The notes under the pieces are model-generated. The model saw nothing but the letters and a program-made list of their open reading frames with translations. It made no database searches and was not told the origin of the DNA. Below are positions 62,369-64,000 of a stretch of 64,000 nucleotides of DNA, in pieces. The DNA is from Anthoceros angustus (taxonomy: Eukaryota; Plantae; Anthocerotophyta), in contig MU008161.1 in assembly GCA_010909165.1 (NCBI GenBank), positions 248,001 through 312,000 of the forward strand. The letters run 5' to 3'. The stretch's first letter is position 1, and each line of letters begins with the position of its first letter. Both the position numbers and the translations under genes were made by a program.

Positions 62369-64000
62369 GCCATTAGAAGCGAAATGGCATCCAAACCCCA
62401 TCCGAACAAGTCCAATGCAGCGCGGAAGCGTAAGCATTTTGGATGAGCGCGAGGTGATTGGGTGAACGATTCATGGTATTCAACGTTACATGGCGAGACG
62501 ATCGCCATGTCCATTGCATAGGAAGGCACGCGTTTCTCCTATTATGCGCAAAGGCATCATACAGACAAGCAGACCGTGGCACCGTGTGTCCGAATATAAA
62601 TCGGAACCCTTTTGAGACAAGGTGAACGGTGCGCGGTCGCACCGGATGTCCGGGGTCGAGCCGTTTCATGTGGTGAATTGTTCCCCACCACTTTCTTGTT
62701 TATTAGGTGAACGCTTAAACCCACGATTTTGATATCTTGGCTGGTGTGAAAATGTGCAGTCAGACCCCACATCGGGTATTCATCTTCAAATCTTACGTGT
62801 TTTTTAAGGGTAGTTGATATAGTATAGCGGGAAAAAGCAAAAATTAGTAAACAAACCTTGAAATGCACGGTTTCATTTGAAACTCTTCATTCTTCATACA
62901 TCATTTTTTCCTAAAATTTTAAAATAGCCTAATACACGGTTTTCCAAAAACAAACCCCTATTTTCACACCCTCAAAATTAGAGATGAGGAGCCGTCTCTA
63001 CTTCTTACGAGACTTTGTTAGAGGGCGAGGCCGAGGCCGAGGTCGTGCCAAAGGACCGGCTCCCACACACTCCACCAATCCTACTGAACATACTCTGATT
63101 GGAGAAACTTCATATTCTTACACAGCTAGAAGAGGTAACAAGAAAAGTGGAATTATTTGCAAATGGTGCAGGATCCCAAATCATATGGAGAAGGACTGTA
63201 AAAAAGAAGAATGTCAAACCTAGGAAGAGCTGCATCCGAGTACACGCGTCATTAAGAAACAATCTTGACTTTGTGGGCAAACTTGTAGCACCGCCGAACC
63301 TCTGCCGCCTCCGCCACCTCCCCTCATGTTCCATATCAAATTATACCAAACAGGCCTAGTATCGCCGAATGTTTAAGGACCTGCGACGCCTCGTGTTCGC
63401 CCTTTTGGGGCACTTCCCTTCCGCTCTTCTCTCTTCGCTTGCTCTCGCACTTCGCAATCCATCATTGTGTGGCTCGGCCCGATGAAATGCCGGGCACAGC
63501 AACTCCACGCCATGTTCGTGTGGTCCGCAATCCGGGTTCTCCGCACCCTCACTGATCGTCGCTTCCTTGTCCAATCCAACCCACTTGTCCTGCCCGCCGC
63601 CTTGAGGAGCAAGGGTCGTGATTCTTCAGCACCTATGATCACCTCCACACGTTAGGGGGTTCGTCACCAGAACCTCTCTAGAGTAGTTCGCCCACTTTGT
63701 GACTCGGGCAATGCATTAGCACTTGGCTCACAGAATCAGTATCCTGCACAACACGACATCCACCCCAAAAGGAAAATCACATAAGAGGGGCGACAAACCC
63801 CCTCTTATACTGCCTCTAAGGCAATGCCTTTATTACAACCCGAATGTTGGCCCTACTGCCAGCTACCTATACATGCGGGAGGGATACCAGATTCTTACGC
63901 ATGGCTACCTACTTCTTCGGCGATGGGGCTGCTGTTAACTCCGGCTGACTTCCCCGCATGGCAGCCCAATCCCCAACCCTGGCGCCGGAGGCACGCTCGG
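62369..64000. repeat. Second copy of a ~1.8-kb tandem duplication (first copy 60595-62374), running off the window end
   Basis: Junction microhomology GCCATT (60595, 62369). Confidence 0.85.

Overview
Eukaryotic nuclear DNA from a seed-free land plant with flagellated sperm (inferred from IFT54, a plant-type tRNA-Ile, short spliceosomal introns and plant retroelements; hornwort-, lycophyte- or moss-like, species not determinable). Host genes: an intronless IFT54/TRAF3IP1 (15643-17562) followed 32 nt later by tRNA-Ile(AAT); a multi-exon mnmE/trmE GTPase (minus, 25107 to >=32037); a decayed second mnmE fragment; and unidentified spliced minus-strand genes. The rest is repeats: a CRE-clade non-LTR retrotransposon interrupted by a TIR element, composite satellites with CACTA-like termini, and a 25-kb nest bounded by a copia LTR pair with a 5-bp TSD that holds a second copia and two inverted Athila/Tat-like gypsy pieces carrying a large extra ORF. 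The most unusual signal is the mnmE locus: a 4.3-kb block of the gene's own segments re-ordered through five junctions, four at perfect 9-10 bp microhomologies close to 3' splice sites, with an intact CDS still recoverable by splicing. Five other ~2-kb tandem duplications, often with indel-rich copies, mean long-read or assembly artefact must be excluded first. All alignments and coordinates were made by eye.
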